Assembly (NCBI RefSeq): GCF_006345805.1
Contig: NC_043007.1
Location: forward strand, 13,516,001 to 13,580,000
From: Octopus sinensis
Taxonomy: Eukaryota
Length of the DNA stretch: 64,000 nucleotides
Direction: 5' to 3'
This document shows positions 54,671 through 64,000 of the stretch, piece after piece (position 1 is the stretch's first letter; every line of letters begins with the position of its first letter). A program made the translations under genes and the position numbers. Under the pieces are notes generated by a model. The model did not search any database. It saw only the letters and a program-made list of their open reading frames with translations, and had not been told where the DNA came from.

Positions 54671-55534
54671 CAGCAAGTGTGTGCATGTGCACAACACTGT
54701 AAACTGTGCATTTCTTTTTGCATCTGTGCACTAAATTCCCTTCACTAAAATATCTTAAACATTTCCATTCCATGAAGGCATTTTCAGAAATAACTCTCTA
54801 CTTATTTTTCTTTATTCTTTGCTGTTTTACTTCATTTTGTTTTATATTTCTTATACCTTCCAGAAAATCTGTAAATTCCATATTCTCGAAAATGTACCAA
54901 ACCAAAGTAGAATGTAGGAAATTAGATAAAATACACACGTGGATCAATAATTTTCATTAAAACCCTATGTTTAATTATTAAAGAAAGCCGTTGTTTAGTT
55001 CGCGAGAGCGTTTATCTTTGGACGGGGAGAAATAATTAAGTTTCTCTTAAGGCCTATCACGAAATGTGGATTAATTTACTGAATATAAATGTGAAGAATT
55101 TACCCTTTAATATATATCCAATCATATATCCAAGACATATTATCATAAGCAAATAATCACTTTCGTTTATATACTTTTGTTGTATTGTTTTATAACTTAG
55201 GAACTGTGTCACACGTTTTGCATTGTCAAGAATATAGGGACTGCTATAAGTGACGCTTCCTATATTTCATAGGCGTAGAATAGAAAGCAGTCGAAGTCTA
55301 TTTTATCGGGCTTGAACTTATATAAATTGTAAGTCACAAAACGCAGGTACATCAAGCCGTTCATGCTGGAGGATGGATCTACTGATTTTTAAAATCCAAA
55401 GAGGTTTTGTAAATTTTGTTTCACTGTATCGCTTTTAATACTTGGTCCGATTAGGGCACATTTTATCGACTCCTCCATGGTGAAAAGCAGTTAAATCCAT
55501 GTGATTTAACAACCCTAAAGTATTGTGTGGGCAG

Positions 55535-55610
<76 letters not shown>

Positions 55611-55668
55611 AACCTACTTAACTACCTACCTATCTCCCCTTCTGTATATATATAAATGTATGTATATA

Positions 55669-55706
<38 letters not shown>

Positions 55707-55730
55707 GTGTGTGTGTTTGTGCGTGTTGTA

Positions 55731-56003
55731 AACGTGCTGGTTTAGTGGTTAGGGTGTTGCACTCATGATTGCGAGATCGTGGTTTCGGTTCCCATCTAAG
55801 TTCCACGCGGCTCCGGCAGAAGGTAATGGCGAACTTCTGCTGGCGAACTTCTTTCGCCACAACTTTCTCTCGCTCTTTCTTCCTGCATCTTGCAGCTCCC
55901 ATGCGATGACCGGCGTCCCGTCTAGGTGGGGTGCGTATAACCCAAGGAAACCGGGAAACCGGCCCTATGAACCAGGCATGGCTCGCAAAGGTACAGAACA
56001 GAA
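55731..56003 (+). mobile_element. SINE with D-like head, C-like body and V-like tail
   Basis: tggtttagtggttagggtgttgcactcatgat...gctccggcag...gcgatgaccggcgtcccgtc...gaaaccgggaaaccggccc. Confidence 0.8.
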
Positions 56004-56719
56004 CATTTCAGACAACAACTGCCTACGTGGATGGACCATGATACCATAGATATTCTCTTAAGAATGACCTAACCGACACTATCAATTGATGGTTATTGAA
56101 ACATATCCTGGGTCTGTTTTTGCTCTCTTTCTCTATTCATGTTTTTTTGTCTTCACACACACACATACAACCAGAACTCAATCCACGATCAATCACCGAA
56201 TGATACATTAAACGGTTACCTGCGCAGTATAGATACAGGCATGTCAAATTTACCTATTTCCAGGAAGATTGGAAAGGTATTGAAAAAGAAAAACCCTGCT
56301 TGATACATTTTGTATATGTATGTGTGTGTGTATATATATATATATGTTTGTGCGCGCGCATAATCAGACTTCCTTGGAAGTGTTCCCTTATCAACAAGGG
56401 TCTCCTACTAAGATTTCTGAAACCCTACGACTATTCGAGATTGATTAATGAGGGCAATAATTCGCCATTTCCTTCCCAGAATCACTGGTTTTTAAAAGCT
56501 CCACAGCCACTATAACTATGGCTCAGCTACGTTTTTAATTAATGAGAGATACCGTCATATATATTCTCTATATTCTCCATCCTTTCTGCCTTTGCCAGTC
56601 AAACAGTCATGGGTTTCTCATCAATATCGAACTGTAATCCATATCATACCGTATATCATCTAAGACACCTCATCAATAGAATGAAACTTTATTTATCGAA
56701 CTGCGAGTATTGAAAGGCA

Positions 56720-56920
56720 AATAAGATTATGGTTTCGATTCGTGGATGGGGCGATGTGTTGTGTTCATGAGCAAGACACTTGATTTCACTCAGCTGTAGA
56801 AATGAGTTGGAACGTCGTCGACGGTATGACATCGTGCGTGACTTGTGCATTGGAAGGTAAATTGCTAGGTGCAATCCCATGGTCATGAGTGACCGAAGAG
56901 GGGTTTTTACTCTTTACTCT
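56720..56920 (+). mobile_element. SINE D variant with a different tail
   Basis: ggtttcgattc...gtgttcatgagcaagacactt...ggtcatgagtgaccgaagagggg. Confidence 0.7.
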
Positions 56921-56923
56921 TTG

Positions 56924-56960
<37 letters not shown>

Positions 56961-57053
56961 ATGGGAATTAAATATAAAATATAAATTGCAAAGTGGGACA
57001 AGAACGCAAAAACACACAAAGAGACGACACAAAAAAACAGACGGGTCACTCGA

Positions 57054-57130
57054 AGCCTCTAATCTTCAGTCGGGAACCGGATCATCTTAGTAATTTCGGC
57101 TGTTTAATCTCGATATTACTCCGACCCGGC
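57054..57130 (-). ncRNA. Rearranged hammerhead-like motif (downstream repeat)
   Basis: Minus strand agtaat-A-tcgaga-ttaaac-agcc-GAAA-ttact-aagatgatccggt-tcccga-CTGAAGA-ttaga-ggct. Confidence 0.55.
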
Positions 57131-57809
57131 CAGCCCCAAAGAAAATCCAAGCCACAGGCATTGGATTTCTTGGAAAGAGGGTCGAATGTATACGGAACAA
57201 GACAGGATGCCACACGAATATAAATACAAGAAACTAAAATAGAAATAAAAACAGAAATAAAAAACACGAATGGTGGACAGTACAAGGACAGGGGCGTCTT
57301 ACGACTTTAGACAATTTTCAACTTATCTTGGCTGGCGTATATGAAAAAAGCCTTTACGGCAAAACGAAAACAACGTTAACGTGGCCGCGGTCAGGCCGAA
57401 AAGACCAGTTTGAACGCGGTCACGTGAGAGCACGGAAGAAAGAGAAAGAAAAAGAAAGGCAGGGAGCAAGGAATTAAAGAGAGAGGGGAAAGAAAGGGAC
57501 GAAGGCACCAGGGGAGAGAGAGGGAGAGAAGGGAGTAATCAGAGAGGGGAGAAGAAATAGGATTGGCACAGCAATAGAAATGAAGGTGCAAATAAGAGTG
57601 GGGGAAGAATCAGAAGCAAGGAAAGAGAAAGAGAGAGTGTGTGTAAAGACGTCGTACAAGGTAAAAATGTGTGTATACATAGGAGATAGGGGAACGTTAC
57701 GCCGCAATAATATATGTATGGGAATTAAATATAAAATATAAATTGCAAAGTCGAACAAGAACGCAAAAACACACAAAGAGATGACACAAAAACCAGACGG
57801 GTCACTCGA

Positions 57810-57886
57810 AGCCTCTAATCTTCAGTCGGGAACCGGATCATTTTAGTAATTTCGGCTGTTTAATCTCGATATTACTCCGAACCGGA
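57810..57886 (-). ncRNA. Rearranged hammerhead-like motif (upstream repeat)
   Basis: Same motif as 57054-57130 with identical core and stems I and III. Confidence 0.55.
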
Positions 57887-57932
57887 CAGCCCCAAGGAAA
57901 AACCAAGCCACAGGCACTGGATTTATATATAT

Positions 57933-58092
57933 AGCCAAACAAGAACAAGCAAGGAAGTGGAACAAGCATTTTGTTATTGGACGCTCAGGAAAGCAAAGAA
58001 AGAGGATTTCACGTTTCCATCAGAAATATAGAAAAAGTCCAAAGAAATGAACGCGGAGAAAGAAAATCGTCAATGACACACACGCGGTCTCA
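57933..58092 (-). mobile_element. Short Penelope-like fragment with a hammerhead remnant lacking stem II
   Basis: Minus strand attt-CTGATG-GAAA-cg-tg-aaat at 58006-58027. Confidence 0.4.
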
Positions 58093-58167
58093 CACACACA
58101 CAGAGATACAAACACACACACACACACACACAAATACACACACACAAACACCCCCCCACACACACAC

Positions 58168-58212
<45 letters not shown>

Positions 58213-58229
58213 TATCATGGTGAACCTTT

Positions 58230-58795
58230 AATCCTCGCACATCTTTCTCCCTGTCCGGCTATTTTAGTTCTCTTTCCATTTTACCTCTCAAATCTTGAGG
58301 AATCTTTCATCGAGTTGGTACAAGACCTCATCAATAGCAGATGTCATGCCATCATCACTTTGATACTGGTTCCTAGCCAAGTTGTTTGTGTGTGTGTGTG
58401 TGTGTGCGTGTGTGTGTTGGGGAACAGATGATAATGAGATGGGGCCAAATCGTGAGAAAAGGGTCGGTGATCAATCAGTTCATATTCATCGTGACCCATC
58501 TCATCTATTGAAACAAAAGACTTGTGTGCTGGAGCATTTACCTGATGACCCATTTCGTAAATTTTCTAGGGCTTCAGGTCTTGATAGCCTTTCGTAACTG
58601 TCTCAGCAAGCTGGGATATTATGCCCTTCTCTGTTGGTGTGGTCCAATGAACACAGTACTATTCTCATTCTCGAAAACTAAGGCCATCACCTTCTCTGCA
58701 GATGAAACGCCCTTGGTTTACTTTCGGGCAGGTTCGGAGGGGTGTTTGAAGCGCACAGATTATCGCTTTTTCTCAGGTTCAAAGTGATGAACTCC
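58230..58795 (-). mobile_element. Mariner transposase pseudogene with an internal (CA)n expansion
   Basis: HHFEPEKKR, SAEKVMALVF, NAPAHKS, IDHRPFSHDLAPSHYHLFPN. Confidence 0.88.
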
Positions 58796-59349
58796 TACAC
58801 GGATATTCCAATCAAACACGGTTTTTCAACTGCAAACATATCTGGCGTTCTTATTTCAAAATATGGCTATCCTTGGTAGGGAAATTTCAGGAAATTCTGT
58901 AATTATTAAACTCAAACAAAGCCACAGGTTCGTGTTCATATCACTTTTCTCCTACTTTGAATCCATTACACTCAGCTAACATCTATTATTTGCCGCTACA
59001 AAAGAGTGGAATTTCATGAATATGGAAAATCAAGGAGATAGCGATATATTTTATATAAATTTTTACCCAATCTTTGCATTTCATTCTATACGGGTGATGC
59101 ATTTGATTGCATTTCTATATATAAATCAACTGTAACGAAATCTGCGTACGTATAATTAACTTTCTTGTTATCAGTTTTAAGACTATCTTTTGATTAATTA
59201 CATTTGTTTTAAGATTTTTAAAGAAATTTTCTCGTGGAAAAATGATCCGAACTAAAGGAAAAAATTAGATATGTTGAAATTCATTAAATTACATAAAGAA
59301 ATGAGAGAAAGTCAGGGAGAACAAGAAAAACAGAAATATCAAAACATAG

Positions 59350-59384
59350 GCAGATAGATGGATGGAGGGATAGATAGATAGCTG

Positions 59385-59454
<70 letters not shown>

Positions 59455-59580
59455 GAATTAGATAGATGGATAGATAGAAAGAGAGAAAAAGAGAAAGAGA
59501 GAGGTGAGTGTACGCTGGAAACTGATAAACATACATAGAGACAGACAGAGAAACAGGTAGATAGATAAATAGGTAGATAT
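59350..59580. repeat. (GATA)n microsatellite
   Basis: Seen directly. Confidence 0.9.
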
Positions 59581-59891
59581 GTTTCTTTATTAGCCACACA
59601 GGGCTGCACACAGATAGAACAACTTACAAGGTAAAGCTTTTCTTTTGAAGGTTTAAAAAAAAAAAAAAAAAAAAGGGAGAGTTTCGATCAAAAGGGATCG
59701 TAAAAGGCGAGAAAGAGGACAAAAAAAGGGGGTTAAAAAAAAAGGGGGAGAGGAAAAAAAATTGATCAATAGGATCTTTATCACAGAAATGTCAATATGA
59801 AGTGTAAAGGGGAGGACAGGTGAGGTTTACCCGTGGAAAGAAAAGCCTACGGAAAAGACCACGGTAACCTCGGTCAATGAAGTACCATTTT

Positions 59892-59924
<33 letters not shown>

Positions 59925-60084
59925 AAATAGCAACTCTCTGTTTTCAATTTCTGGGTTCATAGGACTATGCTCAACGTGGCTTCGTCATTCATACGTGCCA
60001 TTCTTGCTACATTCACCCATCTTTTTTTTAAAACATTCGCTAGACAAAACTTGCCTTTCTACTCTCACTTTCCTTTTCAAGTGG
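59581..60084 (-). mobile_element. Tx1/L1-like LINE, 5'-truncated, in (GATA)n
   Basis: Near-identical to 60267-60782; ORF end, T-rich 3'UTR, AATAAA, then (ATCT)n. Confidence 0.8.
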
Positions 60085-60116
60085 AAATAGGTAGATAGAT
60101 AGATAGACAGACAGAC

Positions 60117-60182
<66 letters not shown>

Positions 60183-60191
60183 GTAGGTAGG

Positions 60192-60222
<31 letters not shown>

Positions 60223-60266
60223 ATAGATAGATAAATAGATAGACAGATAGATAGACAGATAGATAT

Positions 60267-60910
60267 GTTTCTTTATTAGCCACACAGGGCTGCACACAGA
60301 TAGAACAAATTACAAGGTAGAGCTTTTCTTTTGAGGTATTAAAAAAAAAAAAAAAAAAAAAAAAAGGGGGATGTTCGATCAAAAGGGATCGTAAAGGAGA
60401 GAAAGAGGACAAAAATAAGGGGGGTTTAAAAAAAAAAAAAAAAAAAAAAAAAAGGGGGAGAGGAAAAAAAGATCAATAGGGATCGTTATCACAGAAATGT
60501 CATATGAAGTGTAAAGGGGAGGACAGGTGAGGTTTACCCGTGAAAGAAAAGCCTGCGGAAAAGACCACGGTAACCTCGGTCAATGAAGTCACATTTTATA
60601 TTTGTTTTTTTTTTTTTTTTGCAAATAAGCAACTCTCTGTTTTCGATTTCTGGGTTCATAGGACTATGCTCAAGGTGGCTTCGTCATTCATACGTGCCAT
60701 TCTTGCTACATTCACCCATCTTTTTTTAAAACATTCGCTAGAACAAACTTGCCTCTCTACTCTCACTTTCCTTTTCAAGTGGTACTTGAAGAAGTTGATG
60801 AGAGATTGACCAGAGAGGAAAGTGTTTGTCTCCAATCCTTTCAGACGCGTCCACCAGATACATTCTTTCGCCATAGCCACAAGGATGATGAAAATAGCTC
60901 ATCATCCTTA
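60267..60910 (-). mobile_element. Tx1/L1-like LINE, 5'-truncated, in (GATA)n
   Basis: ILVAMAKECIWWTR...FKKRW, like the AKxxIWxxR / FxxxW C-terminus of Tx1/L1 ORF2, then 3'UTR. Confidence 0.8.
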
Positions 60911-60913
60911 GAC

Positions 60914-60944
<31 letters not shown>

Positions 60945-60949
60945 CAAAC

Positions 60950-60984
<35 letters not shown>

Positions 60985-60985
<1 letters not shown>

Positions 60986-61058
60986 CTTTCTTTTATTACC
61001 CACACAGGGCTGAATACAGAGGGGACAAATACAAATGCAGAGCTTTTGTTTTCGAGGG
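60985..61058 (-). mobile_element. Very short 3' tail of a related Tx1-like LINE in (GATA)n
   Basis: Minus strand tttgtcccctctgtattcagccctgtgtgggtaataaa. Confidence 0.7.
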
Positions 61059-61079
61059 TAGACAGACAGACAGACAGAC

Positions 61080-61148
<69 letters not shown>

Positions 61149-61149
61149 T

Positions 61150-61221
<72 letters not shown>
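61059..61221. repeat. (GACA)n/(GATA)n microsatellite
   Basis: Seen directly. Confidence 0.95.
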
Positions 61222-61564
61222 CCCGGCGTGCTATAGTTTCTGCAGCCTTTCGTGAATTATATATATCCAAATTTTGGCATGCTTTACAAAAGTTGTTGCT
61301 GTCCTTTAGTATCTGGTAGTCTCTGCCTAATTAGGTTTCGAGCACGGTTTCAAGTTAAGTACAAATATATCATTGTTCCGTTATCATTGAAGGTTCGATC
61401 ATCTAATCTTTAATTTCAAGCAGTGAGTTATTTATCAAATGTGCTCATCTTATTATTTACCAGCCGCAAGGTGAAGATGACTTGGCTGTTCTTTCTAGAT
61501 TATTGTATTCTCACTGAAACACTTCCAGACATCCTTGAATTGTTGTCATTATTATTGATGTTGA

Positions 61565-61927
61565 TGCTGTTGCTGTTGAGCGAAGCGGTCTTCGTCCCAT
61601 TAGTGAGAGAAGTCCGAAACGTGGTCCTTTGCTATTCGTGAGACCCGCAGAAGAGAAAGCAGGTGAACCCCGCGACACCGAGAGTATCGACGGATGGATG
61701 AAAGCGCATCCAGGCTCAGTGGTTGCGTAGGAAGTCGGGGACAAGAAACAGGAAGAAAGAGTGAGAGAAAGTTGGAGCGAAAGAGTACAACAGGGTTCAC
61801 CACCACCACCCCTTGCCGGAGCTTCGTGGAGCTTTAGGTGTTTTCGCTCAATAAACACTGACAACGCCCGGTCTGGGAATCGAAACCGCGAGTCCGCTGC
61901 CCTAACCATTGGGCCATTGCGCCTCCT
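61565..61927 (-). mobile_element. SINE family C variant with a third tail type
   Basis: Family C head and body, then gacttcctacgcaaccactgag...gggacgaagaccgcttcgctcaacagcaac. Confidence 0.85.
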
Positions 61928-62067
61928 GATGTTGATGCCGACTGCTTAGCTTTAGGCGACATCTGAACCACTATACATGTAACCAAATGCTATTTAAATT
62001 TCATTTTGTTTGTCAGACATTTTAAATCTAGTACTACATTATCCACCGGGTAATTTATTTCAAAGCG

Positions 62068-62385
62068 GAGGCGTAAAGTCCCAGTGGTTAGGGCAGCGGA
62101 CTCGCGGTCATAGGATCGCAGTTTCTATTCCCAGACCGGGCGTTGCGTGTGTCTATTGAGCGAAAACACCTAAAGTTCCACGAGGCTCCGGCAGGGGTTG
62201 GTGGTGATCCCTGTTGTACTCTTTCGCCCCAACTTTCTCTCTCTCTTCCTGCTTCTTGAGTAACGCTGCGATAGACTGGCGTCCCGTCCAGCTGGGTGGG
62301 GGGGGACTCATACGCCACAGACACCGGGAAACCGGGCCCATGAACCTGGCTAGCCTTGAAAAGGGTCCATAAATAAAATAAAAAT
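62068..62385 (+). mobile_element. SINE family C, full length, V-like tail
   Basis: cccagtggttagggcagcggactcgcgg...gctgcgatagactggcgtcccgtccag...(ATAAA)n; flanked by aatttatttca on both sides. Confidence 0.92.
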
Positions 62386-62858
62386 TTATTTCATAAAGGG
62401 CGAATATATGTTGAAGGAAAGTCGCCTGATGTTTCTAGCTTATCAAGCGACCACATATTTAGTTTCTCATTTGCTGCTTTTAAATAAATTGTATGATTTG
62501 GATACCCAGTTTAGTTTCAGTTACACAAGCTGAAATATTAAACAAATTTGCTTCTCGTTTTACTCATCCTGTCGTTGTTCACATTGACACATTATTGCTG
62601 CTAGTTTTACAGTTTATTATCTTAATATTTAACATTAATTTCCTTATGATGAACAATAATCCTGCTGACGCATGTTTATTATTGTGGTTAATGTCTAAGA
62701 AATATATTTCCCTATGGACACATTGCTGGTCCATAACAGCTATAAAATAACCTCAATGGTTTCTTCTTTACGATTACAAATCTAAGCAGACATGATGCGA
62801 TAACTATAAACTCTAAAGTTAACGTCTCTATAGAATATAAATCATTCTTTTAGACATA

Positions 62859-63263
62859 GGCACAGGAGTGGCTGTGTGGTAAGTAGCTTGCTTACCAACC
62901 ACATGGTTCCGGGTTCAGTGCCACTGCGTGGCATCTTGGGCAAGTGTCTTCTGCTATAACCCCGGGGCGACTAATTCCTAGACGGAAACTGAAAGAAGCC
63001 TGTCGTATATATGTATATATATATATATGTATGTGTGTGTATATGTCTGTGTCTCTGTGTTTGTCCCCCTCGCATTGCTTGGCAACCGATGCTGGTGTGT
63101 TTACGTCCCCGTCCCTTAGCGGTTCGGCAAAAGAGACCGATAGAATAAATACTGGGACTTACAAAAGAATAAGTCCCGGGGTCGATTTGCTCGACTAAAG
63201 GCGGTGCTCCAGCATGGCCGCAGTCAGATGACTGAAACAAGTAAAAGTGTAAAAGAGTAAGAG
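62859..63263 (+). mobile_element. SINE family A
   Basis: Matches the 48256 copy with a short internal deletion. Confidence 0.92.
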
Positions 63264-63729
63264 AGCATTACAGTAGAGATAAATAGAAGAGGGAGAAAAT
63301 GGGTCCAGAAACATCGATGGAGATACCGTATTAAATATAAGCAAAACTCAAAACCAAGCTCTCAGATACATCAGAATAACGTAACATGTAGCTCTATGCC
63401 ATTCACACCATAGTTTTAAAGACTTAGTAGGGGAGTAAAGAACAGTGCTACTGCCACATTTAAAGGACTTTGGAACTAATGACGCGAAAGAAGGGGGTAA
63501 TTCAGAGATCTCAGATGTGGTCGGAATGCTTGACATCCAAGTTACACGCGGTTATATATGAATGGAGAAGTGGTTTGAACCACCGACCATCGATTCAAAA
63601 AATAAGCAAAGCTGACCGCGGCAGGATTGGAACTCGGAAAGTACAGAACCGGAAGAAATACCACAAAGAATTTTAGCTGACGCGCTTGCGTTTCTGCCAC
63701 AGCAATGAACAATAGTAGATAAATATGAG

Positions 63730-64000
63730 AGGAGTGGCTGTGTGGTAAGTAGCTTGCTAACCAACCACATGGTTCCGGGTTCAGTCCCACTGCGTGGCAT
63801 CTTGGGCAAGTGTCTTCTACTATAGCCCCGGGCCGACCAATGCCTTGTGAGTGGATTTGGTAGACGGAAACTGAAAGAAGCCTGTCGTATATATGTATAT
63901 ATATATATATATAATATATATATGTGTGTGTGTATGTGTGTTTGTCCCCCCAACATCGCTTGACAACCGATGCTGGTGAGTTTACATCCCCGTCACTTAG
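63730..64000 (+). mobile_element. SINE family A, cut by the window end
   Basis: Matches the 48256 copy. Confidence 0.92.

Larger units (their letters stand above)
56961..57924 (-). mobile_element. Retrozyme/Penelope-like non-coding element with about 207-bp direct repeats
   Basis: Repeats 56961-57168 and 57718-57924, offset about 756 bp; purine-rich non-coding interior; microsatellites on both sides. Confidence 0.8.

Noticed and set aside
56420-56690. Possible Tc1 transposase relic on the minus strand
   Set aside because: Only faint resemblance (DE, GCGAF); no continuous frame
61860-61927. tRNA gene
   Set aside because: A and B boxes are present, but it continues into a SINE body and recurs as a dispersed repeat
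63320-63480. Possible LINE fragment (TQNQALRYI)
   Set aside because: Only one short motif; too decayed to call

Overview
AT-rich eukaryotic non-coding DNA, very likely from an octopus or other coleoid cephalopod (inferred from the extreme microsatellite density and the tRNA-derived SINE families). I find no credible host protein-coding gene; almost all listed ORFs are translations of microsatellites. The window holds four modular SINE families (my labels A-D), decayed mariner, Helitron, hAT, RTE, R4/Dong, CR1 and Tx1 fragments, a solo LTR, a structured 241-bp tandem repeat and a 100-N gap. Main candidates: (1) non-coding Penelope/retrozyme-like elements with hammerhead ribozyme motifs. One motif is a canonical type I; another, seen in two sequence-divergent families, has its three strands in an order that is not a circular permutation (cleavage strand, then GAAA strand, then CUGANGA strand). 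(2) A Tx1-like LINE found only in (GATA)n tracts, whose 3' end is shared by a SINE that repeatedly inserts into copies of itself. All structure and family calls were made by eye and need computational and biochemical confirmation.
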